Position numbers and translations under genes: made by a program | Notes under the pieces: generated by a model | Told to the model about the DNA's origin: nothing | Seen by the model: only the letters and a program-made list of their open reading frames with translations | The model's database searches: none | Assembly (NCBI RefSeq): GCF_037042905.1 | Contig: NC_087245.1 | Span: forward strand, 42,844,001-42,908,000 | Reading direction: 5' to 3' | DNA length: 64,000 nucleotides | DNA from: Lytechinus pictus | Taxonomy: Eukaryota | Part shown: positions 53,315 through 64,000 of the stretch, piece by piece | Position numbering within the stretch: position 1 is the stretch's first letter | Layout of the letters: every line of letters begins with the position of its first letter

Positions 53315-56300
53315 CTGCAAAGAGGAACAAAATATTAAAGTAATGTTATGCATATTTGTTGTGATAAGAAATGAGTAAGTTGTCAATCAACTACCTTCTT
53401 GCCAACTGATTTATGAAAGACAAATTATTCCCCTAGTTTTTGCATCAAGCATGATGCAGTCATGATAAAATCATGAAATTTGATAAATAAAGAAATGGGC
53501 ATCACTTGTCAATATACCATGCTCTTTTTTACATGTATTTGTGTACCTGAGAGGGTGTTTAATTATAAGTTACACATGACGTTACCCCATAATGAAGACC
53601 CAATATCAAGCTAAGTGAGATGCTCTACCATTTCCCTTTTTAGTGTGAGTGAATTTGCTCTAACCTAATTAAATAGTTGATAAATAATAGGCTTGCATTA
53701 AGATGCTTGTTAATAAAAAGTGTTTTGATCTACAGAAAAGGGTTTCAATGTAAGCTTATCAGAATCATAATGATTGGGAATTTGGTTTAGTATCCACAAA
53801 CTCCACAAACATGTTTCAGTAATGTGTTATGTCTTGCCTAACTTAACACCGCCAGCTTTATGAAACACCAACCATGAATATTTGTACGCCCAAGAACTAT
53901 GAATGACCTAAAATGTCACAAAGCCTTTCAGAAGTAGAGAATGATTTTTAAAAAATACCTATAACTTCAATTTAAAAGCCAAACACTACAAACATCTTTT
54001 TTTTTTTTTTACTGTATCACTATTATTTCATACTTAAGGACGTTCCACAGTTATGTTTGTGCGCATTATGATCTGCGCATAGTTTACACTCTGCGCGCTG
54101 ACGTCACAATGGATGAACAGGTGATTAATTAGCTGCCGGTATGAGCTGATTTTTCTCATCTTCTGCACTTTAACTGCAGATCCGATGCGTTATTTCATGA
54201 AGCTAAAAAATGGAATTATTCCATGGACCATTAAAAAAAATATTCTCTACAATTTCAAAATACTTTACTCTGCAGTGCTGCCAAGAATCACGAATATTAC
54301 CCCGAGTTTGAATAAATGGTAGAGTGGTTTTGATTTTTTTTTCACATAGATACTAAGCATTCGGCGCATTTTTGGTGTTTTAAAAAGCACATTTGCTCTA
54401 ATAAAATGCTGATAGTTTAAAAACAAGCACATGAACCCCTATTTTTTAATGTTTGTACCTCTTAGGTATACCTTCCTCTACAACTCTGCAAAGTTTGGTG
54501 AAAATGACATGGATTTTGAATAAAGTGCAGCATTTATTGTACGTTTGTAGTTTGTTACTGAAATTTTACATTTTTTAGATTGGGATTTTGTTATCTTTTA
54601 CGCCATTTTTAAGAACTGACAGTGCTGTTAAACTAAAGATTGCAAACAAATAGCACTCTTAATAGATTCTCCATTCTAACGATACAATTATTAACTCTCT
54701 TGCGAAATTTGATGCTTTTTTCATGTATTTTGACCGAGTAATAGAGGTTTAACCTCATTGTAGTAATCTTGGGCGGTCTAAAAATGCCAAATTCTTTTGA
54801 ATGCTCAATTCTTAAAGGAGAATGAAACCCTTGAAACTAGCTGAATCCATATCAAAGAGAAAAATCAAAGAAACATATTGTTGAAAGTTTGAGGAAGATT
54901 GAATGAATAATAAGAAAGTTATGAGCATTTGAATATTGAGATCACTAGTGCCATGTAGATCCTCCCATCGGCAATGCGACCAAGATCTGTGATATCACAC
55001 ACGTACAACTCCCTCATTACTTTAGTACTTATTTCACTTATATTCTCACTTTTATAGAGTCTATCACAAGGTTAGGTGTTTTCTTTATGAGATGACAAGT
55101 ACAGAGGTTTCACAACATTATATAATTGATGAATCGTTTGTCATATGATTAGAATGAGCAAAAAGAGATGTTTTGGGGTATATTTTCAGTGTCCGAATGG
55201 GAGAGTTGTACGTGTGTGACATCACAGATCTTGGTCGCATTGCCAATGGGAGGATCTCCATAGCATTAGTGATCTCGACATTCAAATGCTCATAACTCTT
55301 TTATTGCTAGTCCTATTTTACTCAAAGTTTTGTTGATCTTATTCTTTGATTTTTCTGCTTTCACAAAAGCTAACTTGCTCCAAGAGTTTCATTCTCCTTT
55401 AAGAACATCAATTTGGGTGAACTTTGAAGCTCTATAGCAAAAAATCAAGCACATGGACCTATGTTTATTTTTGCATATTTCGAATACTAAGGTTCTAAAG
55501 TATCTATGTGCAAAGTTTGGTGAAAATGACATGGATTTCACTTTAACTGTGGAACGTCCTTAAACTGTGTGTTGATGATATCTGAAAGGTAAATTTCTGA
55601 TTGGTCTGAACCTGCTTTGTCTACTTTCCACATGGTCTCATCCAAGTTTGTCTACAATCAATACATTTAACCCATCGGCCATTTTTTTTCTCATTTCCTG
55701 TTAGTCTATACAAGTAGGCCTACCTATTTTGTCTTATACAGGGTTCCCAGCTTTTCAAGAAAACAAAATTCCCTGATTTTCCCCTGATGAAGTTTAAAAA
55801 TTCTAATTTGTTGTAGTGAATTACATGTATTACATGTAAAACAATAGTGTAAAACTAATTGGTACCACCATAACCAGTCATTCAATGGATGTTGTTTTGA
55901 TATGCAAAAAAATATAACAGAGTCACACCGACTACCGTGCTCTCCATATTTGGGCTGATCAAATTCCCTGATACTTCCCTCATTTGAGGCATTTTCCCTG
56001 ATTTTAGGTGTTTTTTATCGAATTCCCTGATTTTTCCCTGACTTGAAAAAAGTAAAACAATTTTCCCTGATGGGCTGGGAACCCTTTATATCTGTTAGGT
56101 CTAATGCCACTTAACATGTTTAGATGAAACAAATATTCTTTTAACAAAGTTGAAATATTGAGTAGACAACAGGGCAATTAGACTAAGACAATGTGGGCAT
56201 TAGACAATATGGGCATTAGAAAAATGAGAATGAGACTAAGTGAGTATAAGAGTATGAGTGTAGTGTACTACACCAAATAGCATTACATCAAATTGATGGT

Positions 56301-59300
56301 TTCAGCCAATATGATATCAGACTATCTGAGAAGTGGACCAACTGCTTATCAACCAAGTGAAAATAACCAGGGATCTATTAGAGATGGACACTCATCAAAT
56401 AGTGAATGAATTCACTAACATGTGACCGTCATTGTGCTCTTAATAACATTTTCTTCATATTTTTCTACTTTCATCCTACTGCGTTCCGTCAATTAGGCCA
56501 TGAGTTGGACAAACTATCTGCGTAGAAGATGATAAATCACTGAAATCCTGGAAAATCTATGTGCAGTTCTGGTTTACCTTTAGCAATCTTAGTTCCATGT
56601 GTTTTATTTGGGAAAATGTGTGCATATTTTAATATAGAGGCAATATTGTGATAGTCTATTATTCATAATCCCATTTTCACAATTTCCTCCTATTATTCCA
56701 GAGATACATGGCTCATATCGTGTAGAGAGCGTTTATCTATTTTAAGAGATAAACGCTCTCTACACAATATTATAATGTTATTGAGGTCATTATCATTATG
56801 TGCATGCAGAAGTGTGCCAATCAAATAATAACATATTTTATGTCATAAAATCAGCTACTTCTTAATTTTGCTGCTTCAAATCTAAAGCATGTTGATTGAA
56901 AAGCATTTTCTAACACAGGGCATGAACCAACAAAACCAAAACCAGGAAAGCTGTTCCTTTGTAAATAATCAGATACGCCTTGTAGTTGCTATGGTGAAAA
57001 CACCCGTGTTATCAATAAGATGCACATAATCACTAGGCGACGGATCTCGTTCGATCAAAGAAATGATAGCGTTGAATCTTTTATAGGTCCATGACATAAC
57101 CACATGAACTTTTTACCTGACTGCTTGAGCTGCTGTCTTCTTTTTCATTGCTGACTTATCTCCTACGGTGGGAAAGGAAATTTCATCCAGCGTCAGAGTT
57201 CGTGGTGGAGTTGTCAAACCAACATTATTGCCTAAAAGAAAGGAAAGATTCAAGGAATATATTTCTAAAAAGTATTTTGGTAAAAAAAAGTTACATGCAC
57301 TATTATTAAAGGTCCCCCCCCAAAAAGAAAAAATATATATATATATTTGCTGATGACAGTGCAAGCACATAAACATAAATGTTTGATTTGAATCAGAAAA
57401 AAAGATAGTGATACTAATCATGAATTTGGCTGAAAACATTGTGACTAGTTAGTACAATTGAGGCTAGAAGTTTACATACATGTACTTCCAGGAAATTAAA
57501 AGAAAAGTTGACACTTGCCAAACATCATAAAATTTACTGTATCTTAAAAATATTTGTGCTATCATGATGAATTTGATATCAAACAAATGAGTATAGATCA
57601 TGCCCCTTCATCACATTGCTTTGTCATTAGGAGCTGGAAATATTTAGGTGTAATCCCCCCCCCCCCATCTTCATATTTTAGACAAATTAAAAAAATAAAA
57701 TAAAAAAAACATTTCATATTTATGCTAGCTAATTCTCAACGCAAACATTTTAGACTACACTTTTTTCATTCAGTGGTGACAGATCATGATAGAAAATGTA
57801 ATATAAATCATAGTTTTCACATTTATATATATTTCTATGAAACGATGTTTGAAAATATAATAACAATAGAATACATTTGGCACGAATATTACTTTTTTTT
57901 TCTTCAAAGAAAATTCCCCCTGAAATATACTTTAATCCCAACGGCATCCCAATCATGTGAAAGAGCTTAATATGCTCTTTCATTTGATACCAAATTTGTC
58001 ATGGTAGTACTTATATTTCTGAAGATATAGTAAATTTTACGATGTTTGGCAAGTGAACAAATTTCACTGAATTGCATGGGCGTATGTAAAATTTTGGCCT
58101 CAACTGTATCATGTAATCATGTCAAAATTTACACAATGCATATTTGATATTATTCAAAAGATCACTTGATTCTCTTTAAAATGATACCATGCTTGTTATG
58201 ATCATGCCATCAAGAAAAGAGCAGGATTCAGTTGAGGCCAAAATTTTACATACGCCCATGAGATGGAAAAAAGTGCTTTGTACAAATTCATTATGAAAAT
58301 ACTGAACATGATTACAGAGACAAACAGTGATACATTATATACAAGTACATTGATATCTGCAAAATGTCAAATAATGTTTTTTCTCTTTAAGAGTGGAAGA
58401 GTCCCCATGATTATTTTTTATTTGAAATTTAAAATTTTGTTTGCCTAATATCCTGGTACCAAATGAAGGCTATTTTTGGAATTATTTGTTCTTCATAAAG
58501 CTTGCCTGCAATGAACATTTGGTTCTCTAGAAAAATATTAGGTATGCTAAGGTAGAAATGCCTTACTCCCAAATATGAAACAAACTAAAGCAATGATTCC
58601 ACTTTGGCGAGTTATTATCGTGAGTTATAGCAAGTTGCCAAAATGAGGCACTCACGATAACTCGCATAAAGCTCACCATGAAACTCGGGATAACTCGCGA
58701 CAACTCGGCATGGCTCGGCGGAACTCGTTCAAGCTCGGGACAACTATCCTTGAAGTTGTGAGCAGTTTCAAAATTTTTGAACATGTTAAAAAATTTTGCT
58801 TACTCGCTGTAACTCGTGCTGAACTCACCTTAACTCGTTATATACTCCCAATAACTCATAAGAAGCTCGAGATAAACTCATAATAACTCGCAATAACTCG
58901 CCACATCTGAGTACACGCGAGTGCGTTCCGAGTTTTCAAGAGCGAGATACGAGCATTGCGATCGTTTTACGAGTCAAGTGGAGGTGCCCACGAGATTAGC
59001 GCGACCTTAGATCGAGCACCCCGAGTTACAGCGAGTTTCATATGAGTTTATTCCGAGTGCGTTGCAAGGGCTCATTGACATGCCAGCTGAATGATAAATA
59101 TCCAGGGATCTATATTTCCCCACATATAAACTCCTCAAAAAAAAGTTTGGAAATCTGAGTTTGGCCATTAATTTCTACCAACTCCCAATTTTACACAATG
59201 CATATTTTACATCATTCAAAAGATCATTCAATTCTCTTTACAATGATACCATGCTTGTTATGATCATGCCATCAAGAAAAGAGCATGATTCAAAAGTGTT

Positions 59301-62300
59301 GGATGAAGTCTGAATTGAAAAGCTGCAAAACGAGCAAAAAACGTTTGGAAATCTAATTTGGCCATTAATTTCTCCCAAGTCCAAATTTACACAATGCATA
59401 TTTGATATTATTCAAAAGATCATTTGATTGTCTTTAAAATGATACCATGCTTGTTATGATCATGCCATCAAGAAAAGAGCAGGATTCAAAAGTGTTGGAT
59501 GAGGTCTAAATTGAAAAGCTGCAAAACGAGCAGAAATAGTCATGAAGGGTCAATACAGAACATGATTCTTGTGTCTGTGTCAATACTGTAGAGATGAAAA
59601 TCCATTCAAATCAAGCCCCTGCTTCTTCATTTTTTAATGTTTTGTTGTGGGTTATGTAGTGATGGTTTGCTTGTGTATTATGTGTTTGCTTGTGCAGAGG
59701 TGTGTTTGATTCCATGTTAATGTTGATGTTAAGGTACATGAAAATAATTAAAAGAAACCACTGAAAAACTCACTCATCACCACGGAAAAAAAGAGCAATG
59801 ACTTTCAATATTGTGTCATTTTGCAACTTTTGAATTTTGACCTTGCCCCACATTTCAAGACACTGCACCTCCATGTGAACCATAATCATATAAAGTATCA
59901 TTTTAAAGAGAATTAAATGATCTATTCATTGCTATTAATTACACATTGATATTTACTAAAACCGAGGAGGGATTATCGATCAAAGTCAAAAGAAACCGCT
60001 GAGAAACTCACTCATCACCATGGAAAAAAGAACAGTGACTTTCAATATCGTGTCATTTTGCAACTTTTGAATTTTGACCTTGCCCCACATTTCAAGGCAC
60101 TGCACCTCCATGTGAAACATGATCATATCATGTAAAGTATCATTTTAAAGATAATTAAATTATCTATTTATTGCTATTAATTACACATTGATATTTACTA
60201 AAACCAAGGAGGGATTATCAATCAAAGTCAGATTTCCAAACTTTTTTTGAGGAGTTTATTTTACAGTGAGAGCACATTTTAACTGACCCACGCATGTACA
60301 CGTACTTTTAAAAAGGCTATATTGTCACTGCATTATTACAACTACCAACAAATAAGGAGATAAATATGCCTCGACCCAAGAGATCCAACAGCTGTGGCCA
60401 TTCAGGAAGGGAAATACCGAAAGAAGATGTCATTCAAACAAGGGTAGAAGTAGAAGAAGTGCAGGAAGAGACAATTGAAACGGAAGAGGTCAATGACGAG
60501 CAGAGCCAGGTAAAAGAACAAGACACCAAACTAGACCAGGTCCAAGTGGAGCGCCTCTGGTAGTCTCACCTACATCACACGATTCAATATAGCAGCAGTG
60601 CTGACTTTGAAAACTACTATAAAATAATTATTCACAAATACACCATTCATATAATGATACAATACTATGTTAACTTCATTGACAATAAATGACATTTGAC
60701 CTTGATCATGTGACCTAAGACTTTTCAGTGATACTTGATTACCCCTATATCCACATTTTATAAACTGTATCTAAACTTTGAAAGTTATGATGGTAATCCA
60801 ACAAATACCCCCAACATGGCAAAAAATCATTGACCTTAACTGACCTTTGACCTTGGTCATGTGACCTAAAACTCGCACAGGATGTTCAGTAATACTTGAT
60901 TACTCTTATATCCAAGTTTCATGAATCAGATCTATAAACTGTCAAAGTTATGATGGTAATTCAACAGATCCCCCCAACATCACCAAAGTTCATTTACCTT
61001 TGACCTTGGACATGTGACCTGAAATTCGTACAGGATGTTCAGTGATACTTGATTACTCTTATGTTTAAGTTTCATGAATCAGATTCATAAACATTCAAAG
61101 TTATAATGGTAATTTAACAAATACCCCCAATTGGCCAAAGTCCATTGACCCTAAATGACCTTTGACCTTAGTCATGTGATTTGAAACTCAAGCAGGATGT
61201 TTAGTAATACTTTAATTACCTTATGTCCAAGTTTCATGAACTAGGTCCATATATTTTCTAAGTTGATGACATTTCAAAAACTTAACCTTAGGTTAAGATT
61301 TTGATGTTGATTCCCCCAACATGGTCTAAGTTCATTGACCCTATGACCTCTGACCTTGGTCTTGTGACCTGAAACTCAGGCAGGATGTTCAGTAATACTT
61401 GATTAACCTTATGGTCAAGTTTCATGAACTAGGTCCATATACTTTCTAAGTTATGATGTCATTTCAAAAACTTAACCTTCGGTTAAGATTTGGTGTTGAT
61501 GCCGCCGCCGCCGGCATCCATCTTTGAGTGCCAAAATGTGCATTTCCAGCCCCTTGGTCGTATGAAACTCTTATCACTCATAACAAAATCTTGATACTCG
61601 TTTCATAGCTCGAATAAAGGTCACTGCAACTTATACTAAGCTCTATCTGACTCGTTTCGCGCTCGGTTCACTCGTACAGCGAGCGTAGTGAACTCGATGT
61701 TGAGTCTTTTGTCACTCAAGCAAATTCCAGAAAAAAATGTAAATTTCACGCGAGTTAGAGCTCGCGCAGCTCGCGTATGACTCGCAACTCCAACTCCAAC
61801 TCGCCAAAGTGGAAACGTTGCTTAAGGGTTGTTACTACTATCAATCATTTCACGTTAACAATAACAGCAAGAAAAGTGAACAATTTTTCTGATTTACCTG
61901 GTTGGAAAGGAGTCATTTCATCTAAATCAAGAGTACGAGGTGCTTGCCTTGCTCCAACATGCTGATCAGATCCTAAAGGAGAAAACAATAAGGCATTACT
62001 GTAGCACAAACTGAAAGTAGCATGTACATGTATCTTCTCTCAACTACTATAAAGAATAAAAAGCATAGTACAGGTAAGTTAAAAACTTCAGTAAGCATCA
62101 AATGCAGTTGTCTTTCATGAAAATGTTACCTCACAGTGTATTAACTCTTTGTTCAACTAGAGTGCAATACAGCCGACTGCAAATTTCAACTCAAGCCTCA
62201 TTTCATTCACAATATACACAAAATATACTGTACAGACACACTCAATAGTGATGCTTCACATTGTACAGGCTACACACAAAGCTTTTCTTATATGTAACAA

Positions 62301-62744
62301 TAAACCAATCAAAAGATATTGTGATTTGAATTAGCGCAATCCATATGAAACCTCCAGGTCGCACCCCAAAAATACATGTGGAATAGGAGGGATTACATGT
62401 ATGTCTGTGGTAGGCTAAGAGTTAGGAATCAATAGTGTCATCATCGTAAAAAAAATATTTTGTGGAATCATTTACACCACTTACAGCTGCTTGTGGTTAC
62501 ACTAAGGCAAGGACTAAAGCTACATTAATTAACCTTGGTGAATTCAAGGTAATCTTATCATGGAGCAATGAATTAAAGGCTTGTCCAAGGTTTACTGACC
62601 CGCAATGAGGATTCTTTCTGGTACATTCATGGCATGTGCTGGACTCCCTTCAAAGCTCTCTGTATTCAAACCAAAGTTTTGTGTTGGTGACGGTGGATCT
62701 GCCATAAATGGCTCCTCTGGTTCCATGCTAAGCCTTGATGGTAT
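53074..62744 (-). CDS. MFF: Mitochondrial fission factor, 5'-partial: join(62744-62600, 61972-61898, 57231-57117, 53314-53074)
   Basis: In-phase GT-AG exons: IPSRLSM...MNVPERILIAG (Drp1-binding repeats), LTTPPRTLTLDE, coiled coil LQKKIYLLSSRVSALEE..KRE and a C-terminal tail anchor; the first exon lies beyond 64000. Confidence 0.9.
54038..55559. mobile_element. TTAA-flanked Kolobok-like element
   Basis: Perfect TIR GGACGTTCCACAGTTA; TTAA at 54034 and 55560. Confidence 0.85.
54816..55398. mobile_element. Kolobok-like palindromic MITE, copy 2 (nested, inverted relative to copy 1)
   Basis: Near-identical reverse complement of 49098-49681; TTAA TSD. Confidence 0.88.
55739..56086. mobile_element. 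Small hAT-like MITE
   Basis: CAGGGTTCCCAGC...GCTGGGAACCCT with repeated TTCCCTGA motifs. Confidence 0.6.
57117..57231 (-). CDS. MFF: MFF internal exon
   Basis: NNVGLTTPPRTLTLDEISFPTV..., phase 1-2. Confidence 0.88.
59129..60256. mobile_element. Tc1/mariner-like MITE with internally duplicated arms
   Basis: TA-AACTCCTCAAAAAAAAGTTTGGAAATCTGA...TCAGATTTCCAAACTTTTTTTGAGGAGTT-TA; ~200-bp and ~240-bp internal tandem duplications. Confidence 0.85.
60543..61512 (-). mobile_element. HINE-like element, reverse orientation
   Basis: Reverse complement of the 44761-46216 family, truncated at the (GCC)n tract. Confidence 0.8.
61898..61972 (-). CDS. MFF: MFF internal exon
   Basis: SDQHVGARQAPRTLDLDEMTPFQP, phase 1-1. 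Confidence 0.85.
62600..62744 (-). CDS. MFF: MFF exon with R1/R2 repeats
   Basis: TCTTAG acceptor; IPSRLSMEP...VPERILIA; GTCAGT donor. Confidence 0.88.
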
Positions 62745-63421
62745 CTAAGACAAGAAGGATTAGTTATTATTATCTTATTTGGCATCTTCATAAAGAATGT
62801 AAAGTCATTATTCTAACTTATTTTTCTTCAATTTTCAATTACATTCCTTTTATGAATATTCATGTGATTTTTTAATACATGATTAATTAGTTCGTGCTCA
62901 TGTGATTAAAACATATCCTGGGGCCAAACTGCGCATTGCATAATGACATTTTGAGCAAACAAAGTTGTCCCTAAAAATGTAATTATATATATTCAGAGTT
63001 CTTGCCGAGTCTCAGGCACATCGAACGGTGAGTTGTTTCTACCGGGTAACCATCACGAAGCAGACACTGAAAAATTTCCAGTGAGTGCAGTGGCTGACAA
63101 AATTTGGTCAAGAATTGGGGGTTGCAGACCAACTCGGGTATGATTACCCCAATTTATTATACAGACCTTAATAAAGAAGAGAACAAATATGTCAGGCATT
63201 TCTTTTGAAAGCATCATAGCCTTGTAAGGGAATAATTATTTTTTGAATTTTTTGGAAATGTGAATATTTTTTTTACTCGTTTTGTTGTTGCATCATATTA
63301 TCCTTTCTATGTTTGTATATTTTTTAAGGATGTCAAATAAAAAAATTGAATTAAATTATTCACCCTCATTTGAACTGACAATATTACTATTCTTCTTGTT
63401 GATTGCCCTAATACAACCCCT

Positions 63422-64000
63422 AACAAGAGTGTCGCTATTAGGCGAGAACATAATACGCCCGCCTGTAACGTGGAATATTGAGTTATTTGTCAAGCAAGAA
63501 AAGTTGAAGGAAGTGACTTCACCTTTGACCTTCTGACCTCAAAATCAATAGAATTGCTGGGATCAACGCTAGTATCATACACACCAAATTATATGAGCCT
63601 AGGTTAAGTTGAACTGAAGTTATCGCATTTACAAGGACTGCAGAAGGGTAAGATGAAAATATATCAGTGTGATCTTAACCTTTGTCCTTTTGACCAAAAA
63701 ATCAATAGGCTTCCTGGGATCCATGCTAGTATCATACACACCAAATTATATGAGCCTAAGTTAAGTTGAACTGAAGTTTTCGCGTTTACAAGGACTGGAG
63801 AAGGGTAAGATGAAAATATGTCACTGTGACCTTGACCTTTGTCCTTTTGACCTCAAAATCTATAGGCTTCCTGGGATCCATGCTAGTATCATACACACCA
63901 AATTATATGAGCCTAAGTTAAGTTAAACTGAAGTTATCGCGTTTACAAGGAATGCAGAAGGGTAAAATGAAAACATGTCACTCTGGCCTTGACCTTTTGA
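63422..64000 (-). repeat. Related HINE-like element with 157-bp tandem units; runs off the window
   Basis: AACAAGAG start; GCTAGTATCATACACACCAAATTATATGAGCCT at 63568, 63725 and 63882. Confidence 0.7.

Larger units (their letters stand above)
58589..61822. mobile_element. PIF/Harbinger-like non-autonomous element with two nested insertions
   Basis: TIR AGCAA(TGA/CGT)TTCCACTTTGGCGAGTT; 3-bp TSD TAA (58586-58588, 61823-61825); many AACTCG subterminal motifs. Confidence 0.75.

Noticed and set aside
56465..56553. Possible alternative MFF exon
   Set aside because: Stop codon in the required phase-2 frame; the flanking exons already join in frame.

Overview
AT-rich, intron-containing animal DNA; the repeat content suggests a sea urchin (inference, no search run). 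Host genes are all on the minus strand: a complete 6-exon, 499-aa CYP2-clan cytochrome P450 (18463-32624), the last four coding exons of mitochondrial fission factor MFF (53074-62744), and a probable first coding exon of an SLC16-type transporter (1979-2174). The rest is mostly nested mobile DNA. This includes a ~9.5-kb non-autonomous CACTA/EnSpm-like element carrying a spliced SAM-domain gene and a nearly intact CR1/L2-group LINE, a Penelope 3' end with a minimal hammerhead ribozyme, and an intact DD34E Tc1 fused to a 1022-bp inverted copy of itself. There is also a decayed Gypsy pol, Helentron-associated tandem-repeat elements, a PIF/Harbinger-like element, a tRNA SINE and many MITEs. Exon phases, TIRs and TSDs were checked by eye; family names rest on motif recognition only.
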